Assembly: GCA_965209055.1 (NCBI GenBank)
Contig: OZ242374.1
Span: 4,192,001-4,256,000 of the forward strand
Source of the DNA: Acidobacteriota bacterium
GTDB lineage: Bacteria > Acidobacteriota > UBA6911 > RPQK01 > JAJDTT01
Direction of reading: 5' to 3'
DNA: 64,000 nucleotides
Under the pieces are notes generated by a model. That model had not been told where the DNA came from, made no database searches, and saw only the letters and a list, made by a program, of their open reading frames with translations. The first letter of the stretch is position 1. Every line of letters starts with the position of its first letter. Below are positions 40,444 to 50,779 of the stretch, piece by piece. The translations under genes and the position numbers were made by a program.

Positions 40444-43400
40444 ATGGCAAAGGACGCCACGGACGGTCTCAAGTACCTGCTGACCGCCCAGTTCTTCGGG
40501 GCCTTCAACGACAACGCCTGGAAGTTGATCGTCACCTTCCTGGCCATCAAGGCCGCCACGGCGCACCTGGCGCCCGGAGGTCCCGAATACCAGTCGGCGG
40601 CGCAACTCCAGACCGCCATCGCCTTCTGCGTCCTGACCATTCCCCTCATGGTCTTCTCGCTCCCGGCCGGCCTCCTGGCCGACCGGGCCAGCAAGAGGAC
40701 CGTTATCGTGGCCATGAAGATGGCGGAAGTGCTGCTCATGGGCAGTGCGGCGCTCTGCCTCTACGCGGCGCCCGGATCGACGCTGTTTCCGCTGGTGATC
40801 CTGGGCTTCATGGGCCTGCAGAGCGCTCTCTTCAGCCCCGCCAAGTACGGGATCCTTCCCGAGATGCTGTCCCACGACCGGCTGACCGCCGGGAACGCGC
40901 ACCTTGAGACCTGGACCTTTCTGGCCATCATCCTGGGGACGGCATCAGGCGGCCTGCTGCTTGACCTTTCGGGAGAGGCAGCCTGGTTGGCCGCGGCGGT
41001 CCTGGTTCCCGCGGCGATAGCAGGGCTTCTCATCTCCTTGCGTCTTCCCCCGGTGCCGGCGGCCCGTTCCGAAGGTGACTTGGGCGAGACCGTCCGCACC
41101 GCCTGGCGGGCCATCCGTCGGGAACGGGTTCTGGGTCTGGCCGTGGCCGGGTCCGTCGTCTACTGGACCATCGCGAGTCTTCTGGGCCAGGACATTCTAG
41201 TCTACGTCAAGTCGGTCCTGGGCCTCTCGGACACCCATGCGGGGATCCCTCTTGCCCTGTTCGGTCTGGGTGTGGGAGGCGGAAGCCTGATCACCGCCCG
41301 GCTCTCCCGAGGCAAGGTCGAGTACGGCGTGATCCCGCTGGGCGCCATCCTGATGGCAGGGAACTGCGTACTGTTGGCCCTGGTCGTGCCCGGATTCTAT
41401 GGGCTCCTGGCCTTTTCGACAGGGCTGGGTGTGGCCAGCGGAATGATCATCGTGCCACTCAACTCCCTGCTCCAATGGCGGGCTCCGGATCAACACCGGG
41501 GAGCCGTCATCGCGCTGGCCAACGTCTGGATCTTCGGAGGAATAACGGTGGGATCGCTGGGAGCGGCAGGCCTTGCCGCTCTGGGACTCTCGCCGGTATC
41601 CATCCTGCTGGTGGCGGCATTGGCGCTCTCGGCGGGTATGTTCTGGTCCGTCTCACTGCTTCCCGATGTCCTGCTTCGCCTGCTCCTGGTCCTGGCGACG
41701 CACTCCCTCTACCGGCTCCGGGTCGTGGGCCGGGACCAGGTTCCGGAGAAGGGAGGAGCGTTGCTGGTCCCCAACCACGTCTCCTTCGTCGATTTCGTCC
41801 TGCTCCTCGCCGTAATCGACCGTCCGATCCGATTTATCGTTCATCGAAAATACTATGAACGTTTCTACTTCAAGCCATTTATGAAGTCATTGGGGTGTAT
41901 TCCCATCTCCTCGTCCGGGGGGCCGCGGGAGATTCTGAGAGCACTGAGGGATGCCGGGAAACGCTTGGACCAGGGTGAGCTGGTCTGCATCTTCCCCGAG
42001 GGGCAGATCTCCCGTACCGGCACTCTTCTCCCCTTCAACCGGGGCCTGGAGCGGATTGTCCGGAACCGGCAGGCGCCCATCATTCCCGTCTACCTGGACC
42101 GGATCTGGGGCAGCATCTTCAGCTACGAGCGGAACCGGTTCGTCCTCAAGATTCCGCGGGAGATCCCCTACCACGTCACTCTGGCCTTCGGCGCCCCTCT
42201 GCCTTCCGGGACGGACGCGGGAACGATTCGCCAAGCCGTCCAGGAGCTCTCCTGCGCCGCGTGGAACCGCCGTCAGGAGGGCGCCCGGCCTTTGCACCGG
42301 GCCTTCGTGCACCGGGCCAGGACGCGTCCACTGACTCTCGCCTACGCCGACGAGAGCCGGCCCCGCCTGAACCGCATCAAGTCCCTGTCCGGCGCCGTGG
42401 CCCGGGCCCGGGCTCTCAAATCGGAATGGGCGGGACAGGAGAGAGTCGGGATCCTCCTGCCGTCCAGCGTCGACGCCGCCTTGATGAATCTGGCCTCCGC
42501 CCTGGCCTGCCGGGTGACCGTGAACCTGAACTACACCGCGGGCGCCCAAGGGATGGAGTCGGCCGTGGATCAAGCGGGGCTCGAGACCGTCGTGACCAGC
42601 CGCGACTTCTTGCAAGAGGCGAACCTGACCCCGCCCGGAAACGTCCGCCTCATCGACCTGGAGGATTTGACCGAACGCATCGGCGCCGGACTTCGGGCCA
42701 CCAGCCTGCTGGCCGCCCTGTTTCTTCCTTCCCGCTGGCTGGAGAAGCTGTGCGGCGCCACCCGTGTCCCCGGCGCCCACGACCTCATGACCATCATCTA
42801 CAGCAGCGGCGGCGCGGGAAACCCCAAGGGCGTGATGCTCACCCAGTTCAACCTGGATTCAAACATCACGGCGTTGGAACAGGTCCTCCGGACGAAACCG
42901 GCGGACCGGGTTCTGGGCATCCTTCCCCTCTTCCAGTCCTTCGGCGCCATGGCCTTCTGGTTCGCGGCCAAAAACGGCCTGGCTCTGCCCCTGCACCCCG
43001 ACCCGCTGGACGGTCCGGCCGTGGGCCGGCTGGTGGAGCGCTACCGGGTGAGCATCATGCTGGCCACTCCGGCCTCACTGCGGATCTACATGCGTTTGTG
43101 TTCCCCCGGGCAGCTCGGTTCGCTGCGGTTGTTGTTGACCGGCGCCGAAAAGCTGCCGGAAAAGTTGGCGGCGGCCTTCCAGTCACAGTTCGGGCTGCGG
43201 CCGCTGGAGGGTTACGGGACCGCCGAATGCGCCCCCGTCGTCTCCGTAAGCGTCCCCGACTACCGGGCGCCCGGCTTCTTCCAGCTCGGCTCCCGGCCGG
43301 GTCACGTGGGCCAACCGCTGCCCGGCGTGGCGGTGCGGGTCGTGGACCCGCAGAGCTTCGAACGCCTGCCGCCGGGGACCCCCGGGATGTTGCTGGTCAA

Positions 43401-43569
43401 GGGTCCCAACCTGATGCGGGGTTATCTGGGACGGGACGACCTGACGCGTAAGGCGATCCGGAACGGGTGGTACGTGACCGGCGACATCGGCCTGGTGCGC
43501 GAGGACGGGTTCGTGAAGATTACCGAACGCCGCGCCTACCGGGAGCAGGAGCAGGCTGCTATCCGATGA
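40444..43569 (+). CDS. aas: MFS (LplT)-acyltransferase-AMP-binding fusion (Aas-like), C-terminally short
   Basis: QFFGAFNDN, FSPAKYGILPE; PNHVSFVD, FPEG; EGYGTAEC, WYVTGD. Confidence 0.88.
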   Translation: MAKDATDGLKYLLTAQFFGAFNDNAWKLIVTFLAIKAATAHLAPGGPEYQSAAQLQTAIAFCVLTIPLMVFSLPAGLLADRASKRTVIVAMKMAEVLLMGSAALCLYAAPGSTLFPLVILGFMGLQSALFSPAKYGILPEMLSHDRLTAGNAHLETWTFLAIILGTASGGLLLDLSGEAAWLAAAVLVPAAIAGLLISLRLPPVPAARSEGDLGETVRTAWRAIRRERVLGLAVAGSVVYWTIASLLGQDILVYVKSVLGLSDTHAGIPLALFGLGVGGGSLITARLSRGKVEYGVIPLGAILMAGNCVLLALVVPGFYGLLAFSTGLGVASGMIIVPLNSLLQWRAPDQHRGAVIALANVWIFGGITVGSLGAAGLAALGLSPVSILLVAALALSAGMFWSVSLLPDVLLRLLLVLATHSLYRLRVVGRDQVPEKGGALLVPNHVSFVDFVLLLAVIDRPIRFIVHRKYYERFYFKPFMKSLGCIPISSSGGPREILRALRDAGKRLDQGELVCIFPEGQISRTGTLLPFNRGLERIVRNRQAPIIPVYLDRIWGSIFSYERNRFVLKIPREIPYHVTLAFGAPLPSGTDAGTIRQAVQELSCAAWNRRQEGARPLHRAFVHRARTRPLTLAYADESRPRLNRIKSLSGAVARARALKSEWAGQERVGILLPSSVDAALMNLASALACRVTVNLNYTAGAQGMESAVDQAGLETVVTSRDFLQEANLTPPGNVRLIDLEDLTERIGAGLRATSLLAALFLPSRWLEKLCGATRVPGAHDLMTIIYSSGGAGNPKGVMLTQFNLDSNITALEQVLRTKPADRVLGILPLFQSFGAMAFWFAAKNGLALPLHPDPLDGPAVGRLVERYRVSIMLATPASLRIYMRLCSPGQLGSLRLLLTGAEKLPEKLAAAFQSQFGLRPLEGYGTAECAPVVSVSVPDYRAPGFFQLGSRPGHVGQPLPGVAVRVVDPQSFERLPPGTPGMLLVKGPNLMRGYLGRDDLTRKAIRNGWYVTGDIGLVREDGFVKITERRAYREQEQAAIR

Positions 43570-44872
43570 AGACGTACTTGGCGATGAAGATCACCGCCAG
43601 GACGTCGACCAGCCAATGCACCTCGTCGCCTCGTCCGCTCAACCGCTTGACGATGGGATAGGAGATGAACCCCAGAGCCAATCCGTCCGCGATGCTGAAG
43701 GTCAGCGGGATGGCGATCAGCGTGAGGAAGGCCGGCACCGACTCGGAGACGTCATTCCACCGGATCCTCGCGGCGGCGCCCATCATCAGTACGCCCGTCA
43801 CCACCAGCGCCGGGGCGGCGGCGAATGTGGGCACCGCCTGAACCAACGGCGTCAGGAACAACGCGGCGGCGAACAGACCACTGACCACGACGCTGGAAAA
43901 ACCGGTCCGGGCGCCGGAAGAGATGCCGGCGGCGCTCTCGATGTAGGTGGTCACCGTCGACGTCCCGATGACGCTGCCGCATACGGTTCCCACCGAATCG
44001 GAAAGCAGCGCGCGGTTGGCTCGCGGAAGCCGCCCCCGCTCGTCCAGGAAACCGGATCGTTCCGACAAGCCCAAAAGCGTCCCCATGGTGTCGAAGATGT
44101 CCACGAAAAGCAGGGCGAGGATCAGTTCGATGAAGGCGACATTCAGGGTTTGGGGCAGGTGACGGACGGCTTCGCCGAAGAGATGCACAGGCCAGACCGG
44201 CATGCTGACCAAGCCCGTCGGCCATGGCGTCGCCCCGCAGATCATGGCCACCAGGGTTACACCCATCATGCCGAGCAGAATCGCACCCCGAACTCTGCGG
44301 GCCATCATCACGCCGATCGCCAGCAGGCCCAACAGGGCCAAGCCGACGGACCAGGAGCGGACGTCGCCCAGGCTCACCAGGGTGGCTTGATTGTCGACGA
44401 TGAGTCCCGCGTTCTTCAGTCCGATGAACGCGATGAACAGACCGATCCCGGCCGCCACGGCTCTTTTCAGGGTGTCCGGAACGGCGTTGATGATCGCCTC
44501 CCGGACCCGCAAGACGGTCAGCAGCAGAAACAGCAGCCCCGAAGCCAGGACCACGCCCAGGGCCAGCTTCCAGTCCACCCCCATGCCCAGGACGATGGTG
44601 TAGGCGAAAAATGCGTTGAGGCCCATTCCGGGAGCCAGGGCGAAGGGGTAGTTGGCCAGGAGGCCCATCAGGAGCGTGGCCAGGGCGGCGGCCGCGCAGG
44701 TCGCGAACAAGAGCTCCCCGAGCATGTCCTTGCCCAGGGCATCGGACAGGATGGCGGGATTCACGACCACGATGTAGGCCATGGTCATGAACGTGGTCGC
44801 GCCGCCGGTCACTTCGATCCGCCAGTTCGTGTTCTCCTGCTCGAACTTGAAGAATTCAGCGATTTGTTTCAT
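43559..44872 (-). CDS. NCS2/AzgA family purine permease
   Basis: TTFMTMAYIVVVNPAIL, APGMGLNAFF, FDTMGTL, TTYIESAAG. Confidence 0.94.
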   Translation of the reverse strand: MKQIAEFFKFEQENTNWRIEVTGGATTFMTMAYIVVVNPAILSDALGKDMLGELLFATCAAAALATLLMGLLANYPFALAPGMGLNAFFAYTIVLGMGVDWKLALGVVLASGLLFLLLTVLRVREAIINAVPDTLKRAVAAGIGLFIAFIGLKNAGLIVDNQATLVSLGDVRSWSVGLALLGLLAIGVMMARRVRGAILLGMMGVTLVAMICGATPWPTGLVSMPVWPVHLFGEAVRHLPQTLNVAFIELILALLFVDIFDTMGTLLGLSERSGFLDERGRLPRANRALLSDSVGTVCGSVIGTSTVTTYIESAAGISSGARTGFSSVVVSGLFAAALFLTPLVQAVPTFAAAPALVVTGVLMMGAAARIRWNDVSESVPAFLTLIAIPLTFSIADGLALGFISYPIVKRLSGRGDEVHWLVDVLAVIFIAKYVFIG

Positions 44873-45009
44873 TGGAGTCTTATATCAAGGAATAGTAGAT
44901 ATATAACTATGGAATAAGGTGATTTACCAGGGGAGACTGTCTTGTCGACCGCTTCGTCGCCGATTGGAATCCGGAGTACGGGGGGACTAACAGTCCCCCT
45001 CCTATTGGC

Positions 45010-47838
45010 TCATTGGTAGCTGATGGAGACCGAGTCCAGGACCGGGGAATTGGCGGCGCCGGGACTGAGGAGGCTGGCCTTGTATTGGATCCAACGGGTG
45101 CCCTCTCCGGAGTTCGGAAGCCGGGCGCCGGACTGCTTGTAGTAGCTCTCCGGGCCGGCCGGTCCCATCCAGGAGGCTGACTCCAGGCCCTCCCGGGTGG
45201 CGGCCCAACGCACCTGGAATTCCAGGCCGGTCCGGAACGGCGTCTCCCCGTCCCAGGTGATGGTTCCCAGACCCTCCACGGAACCGGCGTCGAATGGCGG
45301 AGAAATATAGTCGTAGCGATGGCCCCGATCATAGGCATGGCCCGGATCGGAGGCAAGATGGTGGGGTCCGAGGACCGGCAGGGAGGTTCGACGCTCGGTG
45401 GAGAACCCCTCCGGCCCTCCCCAGTAGAGGAAGGCGTCGTTTCTATGGTTGCCCTGCTTGGAGTGGCAGGCGAAAAGGATGTCCACGTGGCCGTCCAGGT
45501 CGAAGTCGTTGGCGAGGACCCCCGAAGCGGAGTTGCTGGGAATCTCCATTTTGCGCGAAGGATCGAACCCGGAGGGACCGTTCCAGTAGATCCTGGAGGG
45601 GTGGCTGCGAGTATATCCGGCATGGTAGCTGCTCAGGACCAGGTCCAGGAATCCGTTCCCGTTCAGGTCGGCCACCGCGGCCGAGGAGTTGCCCACCGAA
45701 GGCAGGATGGTCCGGTTCGTTTCGGAATAGCCATCGGAACCGCCCCAGTAGATGAAGGTGTCCCCCTCCGCAGAGCCGCCGAAGGACCGGGGTTTGCCCG
45801 GCGCCGGATCCCGGTCGTAGAGGTTGCTGGCGATCACGTCCAGAAAGCCGTTCCCATCCAGATCGGCCACTTCCACGCCGACCGAAACCCGGGAGGGCAA
45901 TTCGGTCTTGCGCTCATTGTCGAATCCCAGCGGACTGTTCCAGTAGACCACCACCTTGTTCTGGGTCCCGCTGAAGATCACATCGATCCAACCGTCACGA
46001 TTCAGGTCGCCGATGGTGTGCTCCCGGATGCTGCCGATCCGGAAGATGAAGCGGTTACCGTTCGAGAATCCATCCGGGCCGCCCCAGTAGAGGCTGGTGG
46101 CCTCGGTACCTGGGCGCCACTGGGTGAAGACGGCGTCCAGGTACCCGTCCCGGTCGAAGTCGGCGAGCCGTGAAGAAAAGCTGTTGCCGGTCGCCAGAAC
46201 GGCCCGATTGGACCCGGAGTACCCGGAAGCCGATCCCCAGTAGATGGTCGGACCCGGATTCTCCCCGTAGACGCCAGGAAACAGGAGATCCACATGGCCG
46301 TCCCGGTTGATGTCTGCGCTGGAACAGTATCCGTTGCCTGTGGGCAGCAATTGTCGGCGAGACGGCTCGAATCGCCCCTTGGGTCCGCCCCAGTAGATGT
46401 AAGCCGGGATGCCGTGGGTGGTGTCGGCGGCATGGACGAAGACCAGGTCCTTGCTGCCGTCTCCGTCCAGGTCTCCCGCCTGGACCCCGGTGGCCTCGAA
46501 CGTGGGCAGCTCGGTTCGCCACTCGGGCGAGTAGCCCTCCGGGCTGCCCCAATAGACGTACGCGGGGGGTTTTCCGTGAGGCTGCCCGCCTTGCTGCGAG
46601 AAGACCAGTTCGAGGTAACCGTCCTCGTCCAGGTCCTCCACCAAGCAGCGAGTCGGCGCCAGCGTGGGAATCGATGTCCGCCGATGGGAGCGATAGCCAT
46701 CAGGAGCTCCCCAATAGATGAAGGAGACCAGACCCGACTTGTTGGCGAAGACCAGGTCGGCGTGGCCGTCCCGGTTCAGGTCTCCCACGGCGACGTCGGA
46801 CGCTCCCACGGTGGGCAGCAACGTCCTGGAATCGACCGAATAGCCGTCGGTCGAGCCCCAATAGATGAACGAGGGCACGCTCACCGTGTCTACGATGTTG
46901 TACATGCCCATCTCCCGGGTCTTGAGCCGGTAGGAGTTGGCCAGGACGATCTCCGGAAAGCCGTCCCCGTTGAGATCGGCGGCCTCGACCGCCGAGGAGC
47001 GGTCGCCGGGCAGATGGACCGCCGCGCGGCTGGTGTAGTCTCCGTCTGCCGTACCCCAGTAGAGGAGGGCCCCTCCCTCCGCGTCCGTGTTCCCTTCGTT
47101 GGCGAAGACCAGGTCCAGGTGTCCGTCCCGGTCCAGGTCGGCCACCTTCACGTCCCGCCCGTTCACGGTCCGCAGGACCTGCCGCCGTTCGGCGGAATAA
47201 CCGTCCGGCGATCCCCAGTAGACGAAGGACTCATTGTGCGGGTCGACCGTCACGTGGTAGTCCAATCCGCTGTTGGCGAAGACGATGTCCTCGTGCCCGT
47301 CCCGATTCAGATCCTCCACGGCCACCGCGCGAGCGCCCCGCGTGGGAAGGCCGCTGCGGTCGGAGGCCTTGGGACCTCCCTTGGCGCCGCGGTAGATGAA
47401 CGACTCCAGGTCGGTGCGGGTCCCGTTGAAGTTGTTGGCGACGATCAGCTCGGCTTGGCCGTCCCCGTCCAGGTCGGCCACGGCGCCGTCATGGCCTCCG
47501 TTGGTGGGCAGGCGGCTGCGGCGCTGGGTCGAGTATCCCTCGCCTCCCCCCCAGTAGATGAACAGGTCCGCCCGCTCGTGAGGATCGTGGTCATTGGGGA
47601 AGATGATGTCGACGCGTCCGTCCTGATTCAGGTCCAGCAGCTTGATGAGGACCACCTCTCCTTGAGCGGTGACGTAGGTATTGACTCCCCCGTCGCTGAA
47701 GCTCCCATCCGCAAAGTCGAGGAAGGAGGATGTCGTCCAGACCTTTTCTTCGGCGGCGAGAGGCGCGACGCTCCAGGTCAACGTCAGTATGGCCAACATC
47801 CGAATCGAAGCCGATTGGATCGAGTTCCCAAGGCTCAT
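45010..47838 (-). CDS. Secreted FG-GAP/VCBS repeat protein
   Basis: About 14 DLxxDGxxD(L/I)VF repeats, each followed by (I/V/L)YWG/YWN; signal peptide. Confidence 0.9.
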   Translation of the reverse strand: MSLGNSIQSASIRMLAILTLTWSVAPLAAEEKVWTTSSFLDFADGSFSDGGVNTYVTAQGEVVLIKLLDLNQDGRVDIIFPNDHDPHERADLFIYWGGGEGYSTQRRSRLPTNGGHDGAVADLDGDGQAELIVANNFNGTRTDLESFIYRGAKGGPKASDRSGLPTRGARAVAVEDLNRDGHEDIVFANSGLDYHVTVDPHNESFVYWGSPDGYSAERRQVLRTVNGRDVKVADLDRDGHLDLVFANEGNTDAEGGALLYWGTADGDYTSRAAVHLPGDRSSAVEAADLNGDGFPEIVLANSYRLKTREMGMYNIVDTVSVPSFIYWGSTDGYSVDSRTLLPTVGASDVAVGDLNRDGHADLVFANKSGLVSFIYWGAPDGYRSHRRTSIPTLAPTRCLVEDLDEDGYLELVFSQQGGQPHGKPPAYVYWGSPEGYSPEWRTELPTFEATGVQAGDLDGDGSKDLVFVHAADTTHGIPAYIYWGGPKGRFEPSRRQLLPTGNGYCSSADINRDGHVDLLFPGVYGENPGPTIYWGSASGYSGSNRAVLATGNSFSSRLADFDRDGYLDAVFTQWRPGTEATSLYWGGPDGFSNGNRFIFRIGSIREHTIGDLNRDGWIDVIFSGTQNKVVVYWNSPLGFDNERKTELPSRVSVGVEVADLDGNGFLDVIASNLYDRDPAPGKPRSFGGSAEGDTFIYWGGSDGYSETNRTILPSVGNSSAAVADLNGNGFLDLVLSSYHAGYTRSHPSRIYWNGPSGFDPSRKMEIPSNSASGVLANDFDLDGHVDILFACHSKQGNHRNDAFLYWGGPEGFSTERRTSLPVLGPHHLASDPGHAYDRGHRYDYISPPFDAGSVEGLGTITWDGETPFRTGLEFQVRWAATREGLESASWMGPAGPESYYKQSGARLPNSGEGTRWIQYKASLLSPGAANSPVLDSVSISYQ

Positions 47839-47931
47839 GGTGGTTTTTCCTTTCTGTCCGGAACTGAATGCCTGTAGCGGATAGTCTACACCGGAGAGGA
47901 AAGAGAAAAGAGGGGCCAACCTGGTGCGTGG

Positions 47932-48273
47932 TCACTTGGGGGGCAGGGACTCAGCGTAGATGGCGGCTCTGTCGACCCAAGTTTTCAAATCGGTGGCGGA
48001 TTCGATGCCGGCCGGCTCCACCACGGCCCATCCCTTCATCACCCGGCCTGTCATGTCCGCCGGCCTGGTGTGCGGTTCCGCCAGAGTCCTGTCGTGATCC
48101 TTCCTGTCCAGCCGTACGATGAGCGAACCCTTCCAGGCGCCGGCGCACATGTTCCCGTTGATCATGAAGCAAATACCGCCGAACATTTTTCTTTCGGAGT
48201 ATCCATTCCGGCTGGAGAGACACTGCCGGACGCGTACCGCCAGCGTACCGCCGGTGTCCATTTGTGCACACAT
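47932..48273 (-). CDS. TfoX/Sxy N-terminal domain protein
   Basis: ERKMFGGICFMINGNMC, MTGRVMKGW, SLPPK. Confidence 0.9.
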   Translation of the reverse strand: MCAQMDTGGTLAVRVRQCLSSRNGYSERKMFGGICFMINGNMCAGAWKGSLIVRLDRKDHDRTLAEPHTRPADMTGRVMKGWAVVEPAGIESATDLKTWVDRAAIYAESLPPK

Positions 48274-48306
48274 TGGTTCTTTTCCACCCGATTGGAGGGG
48301 GGACCG

Positions 48307-49023
48307 TTAGTCCCCCCTTCTTCTTTCGCCTGTTTCCTTGGTGCCCCGCGGTGTCACTGGAGTTCGCCGATCGGAAATCGCCGCTTCTATTCGCCGACCG
48401 TAAATCCCCGCTCCCCGGGACTTTGGAACCGGGAATCCTCCCCAAACGCGCAAGACCTGACCAGACATCGTTCCCTCGATGGCCTGGACATAAGCCTCCG
48501 CGCACTGCTCCGCCGTCACCGCCCCGCGTCGTTCATGTCCAGGCTCAACCACGGGGCCCGGGCTCACGACGTTGATTCGAATGCAGCGAGGCCAAAACCG
48601 GGCCGTGTGTTCCACATAGGTTTCAAGCGTTGCATTGAACGGTCCCGTGGCGATGCCCTTCCGGTTCGAGTAGTGGCTCAGGAATCCGCTGGTCAACGTA
48701 AACGAGCCGCCGTCTCGAATCGTCGGTTGCCCCAACGTCATTAACCGGATCTGGGACAGGAACTTCCGTTCGAAGCCGTAGCGAAAGTCATCATCGGACA
48801 ATTCCTCATACGGGAGGAATCGACTGTCGCCGCCCACGGCTGACACGAGCGCATCGTAGCTTCCCACTGTCGCGAACATGCTGCGCACCGACTCCGGATC
48901 GGTGTAGTCACACTGCACGTCGCCATCGACCAGCCCGACTCGAACCACTTGATGATTGGCGGATACGGCCCTGTCGACGCCACGACCGATCTTGCCGGAT
49001 GCTCCGACGAGGATCACTTTCAT
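48307..49023 (-). CDS. Short-chain dehydrogenase (atypical SDR)
   Basis: ILVGASGKIG, GGSFTLTSG, IRINVVSPG. Confidence 0.88.
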   Translation of the reverse strand: MKVILVGASGKIGRGVDRAVSANHQVVRVGLVDGDVQCDYTDPESVRSMFATVGSYDALVSAVGGDSRFLPYEELSDDDFRYGFERKFLSQIRLMTLGQPTIRDGGSFTLTSGFLSHYSNRKGIATGPFNATLETYVEHTARFWPRCIRINVVSPGPVVEPGHERRGAVTAEQCAEAYVQAIEGTMSGQVLRVWGGFPVPKSRGAGIYGRRIEAAISDRRTPVTPRGTKETGERRRGD

Positions 49024-49037
49024 CTGAACTTTCCCAA

Positions 49038-49757
49038 TTAGACGGATCGGGTGATGCCTCCATCGATCCGAATGTTCTGTCCCGTGATGTAGGCGCCGCC
49101 GTCGGAGGCCAGAAAGAAGATGACGTCGGCAATCTCTTCCGTCGTTCCGTAGCGTCGCAGCGGGATGCGGTCGCGATACTCCGGATTCTCGGGGAAATTG
49201 TTGATGAACCCGGGAAGAACATTGTTCATACGAATGTTGTCCGCGGCGTACTTGTCTGAAAACAGTTTTGCAAACGCCGCCAATCCGGCCCGGAACACCC
49301 CGGAGGTCGGAAAGGCAGGTTCGGGCTCGAATGCGGCGAAGGTGGAGATGTTGAGGATCACACCACGCTTCTGACGCTGCATGATGGGAGTCACCAGGCG
49401 TGTCGGACGAACGGCACTGAGGAAATAGACCTCCATCCCCAAGTGCCAGTCGTCATCAGAGAGCGCGAGGATCGGCGATCTCGGACCGTGTCCCGCGCTG
49501 TTCACCAATACATCGATCCGGCCCCACTTTTCCATGGTGAGATCCACGAGGCGCTTCAGGTCGTTGTTGGATCGATTAGAGCCCGTCACACCGACGCCAC
49601 CGAGTTCCGTAGCCAGGGCTTCCCCTTTGCCCGAGGAAGACAGGATGGAGACGCCGAATCCGTCAGCGGCAAACTTCCTCGCCGCAGCGGCTCCCATGCC
49701 GGTTCCGCCAGCGGTGACGACCGCCACTTTCCTTTTGTTGTCAATTTCTGCATTCAT
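49038..49757 (-). CDS. SDR family oxidoreductase
   Basis: VTAGGTGMG, VLVNSAG, NNVLPG, YITGQNIRIDGG. Confidence 0.92.
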   Translation of the reverse strand: MNAEIDNKRKVAVVTAGGTGMGAAAARKFAADGFGVSILSSSGKGEALATELGGVGVTGSNRSNNDLKRLVDLTMEKWGRIDVLVNSAGHGPRSPILALSDDDWHLGMEVYFLSAVRPTRLVTPIMQRQKRGVILNISTFAAFEPEPAFPTSGVFRAGLAAFAKLFSDKYAADNIRMNNVLPGFINNFPENPEYRDRIPLRRYGTTEEIADVIFFLASDGGAYITGQNIRIDGGITRSV

Positions 49758-49937
49758 GAGTTCTCTTTTACCCGAATGGAGGGGGGCCCAGGAGGGGCGA
49801 CATGTAGTCCCCCACACCCCGAAGTAACGGCGGCAGGAGAGCCTTCACTCCCGACTCCGCGTATCGTGAACCGGATTTCGCCTGGACATCCTGGCAGGCC
49901 GTACCCGCGAACGGGATCTTGCGGGCGTGGCGGGTGC

Positions 49938-50456
49938 CTAGCCTCCTTTGGCCAGGCGGTGCGTCCCGAAATTGAAAAAGTGGGCTGTTTGCCGTTGCCA
50001 CCAGGTCACGGCTACCTGCTCCTTCTCGTCGGCGTAACCCATTGCCCGCAGAAGGTCATTGTGGCAGAGCACGTCGAGCACTTGCATGACGGGAGGTTCC
50101 AAGGCCTCCAGATCCAGACGTTCCTGGGTGACGGCCATGACCGTCTCCTCGGAGTCATCGGCGCGGAGCCGCTTTTCGAGCAGTGTGAAGTCCCTGACGA
50201 ACTGGGCATGTTGGGTCGCCTTGACGGCAAAGGCGAAGACGAGCTTGAGGCTGGAAATGAGCGCAACCCCTAGTCCCAATCCCAGAATCCACGACGGACG
50301 GTCCTGGACCGCCAGAGCGACCGTTCCGGAACCGAACAGCAGCAGCAGGAAATTGGTCCATCGATTCACGCCCTCGAAGAACGCTTGGCGTCTGGAATGG
50401 TAGCGGATCGAGCGGCGGACACCGAAAAGGAGAACATCGTATTCGCAGGTCTTCAT
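49938..50456 (-). CDS. 2-TM hypothetical protein (SLATT-like), paralog A
   Basis: LLFGVRRSIRYH, two TM helices, LCHN, WWQRQTAHFF; GGAG RBS before MKTC. Confidence 0.75.
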   Translation of the reverse strand: MKTCEYDVLLFGVRRSIRYHSRRQAFFEGVNRWTNFLLLLFGSGTVALAVQDRPSWILGLGLGVALISSLKLVFAFAVKATQHAQFVRDFTLLEKRLRADDSEETVMAVTQERLDLEALEPPVMQVLDVLCHNDLLRAMGYADEKEQVAVTWWQRQTAHFFNFGTHRLAKGG

Positions 50457-50779
50457 GTCTTCACGGCTCCTCATGCCGGCCTCGGGATCAGGAGCCGCCC
50501 TTTCCCGAGCCCTTGCTCCCTCCAGGTTTGTCCGCTGACGGGGGAGAAACGGTGTCGCGGACCGCCATGTCCTGGGACCGGTTGACGGCGGTTGCGGTCC
50601 TTTTCCCGGAGGCGGCTGCCTTCCTGGCCACCCGCCGCTTGGGTCTCCCCGCCGAGGTCGTCTTTTCGGCGCTCACAAGGCTGCGTCGGTCGCCAGTATG
50701 TTCGAGGAGGCCAGGAGAAATCCACACCGCCTGACCCGGCACCCGTTCTCCTCCGCTACCCGAACCCGTGTCTGACTCC

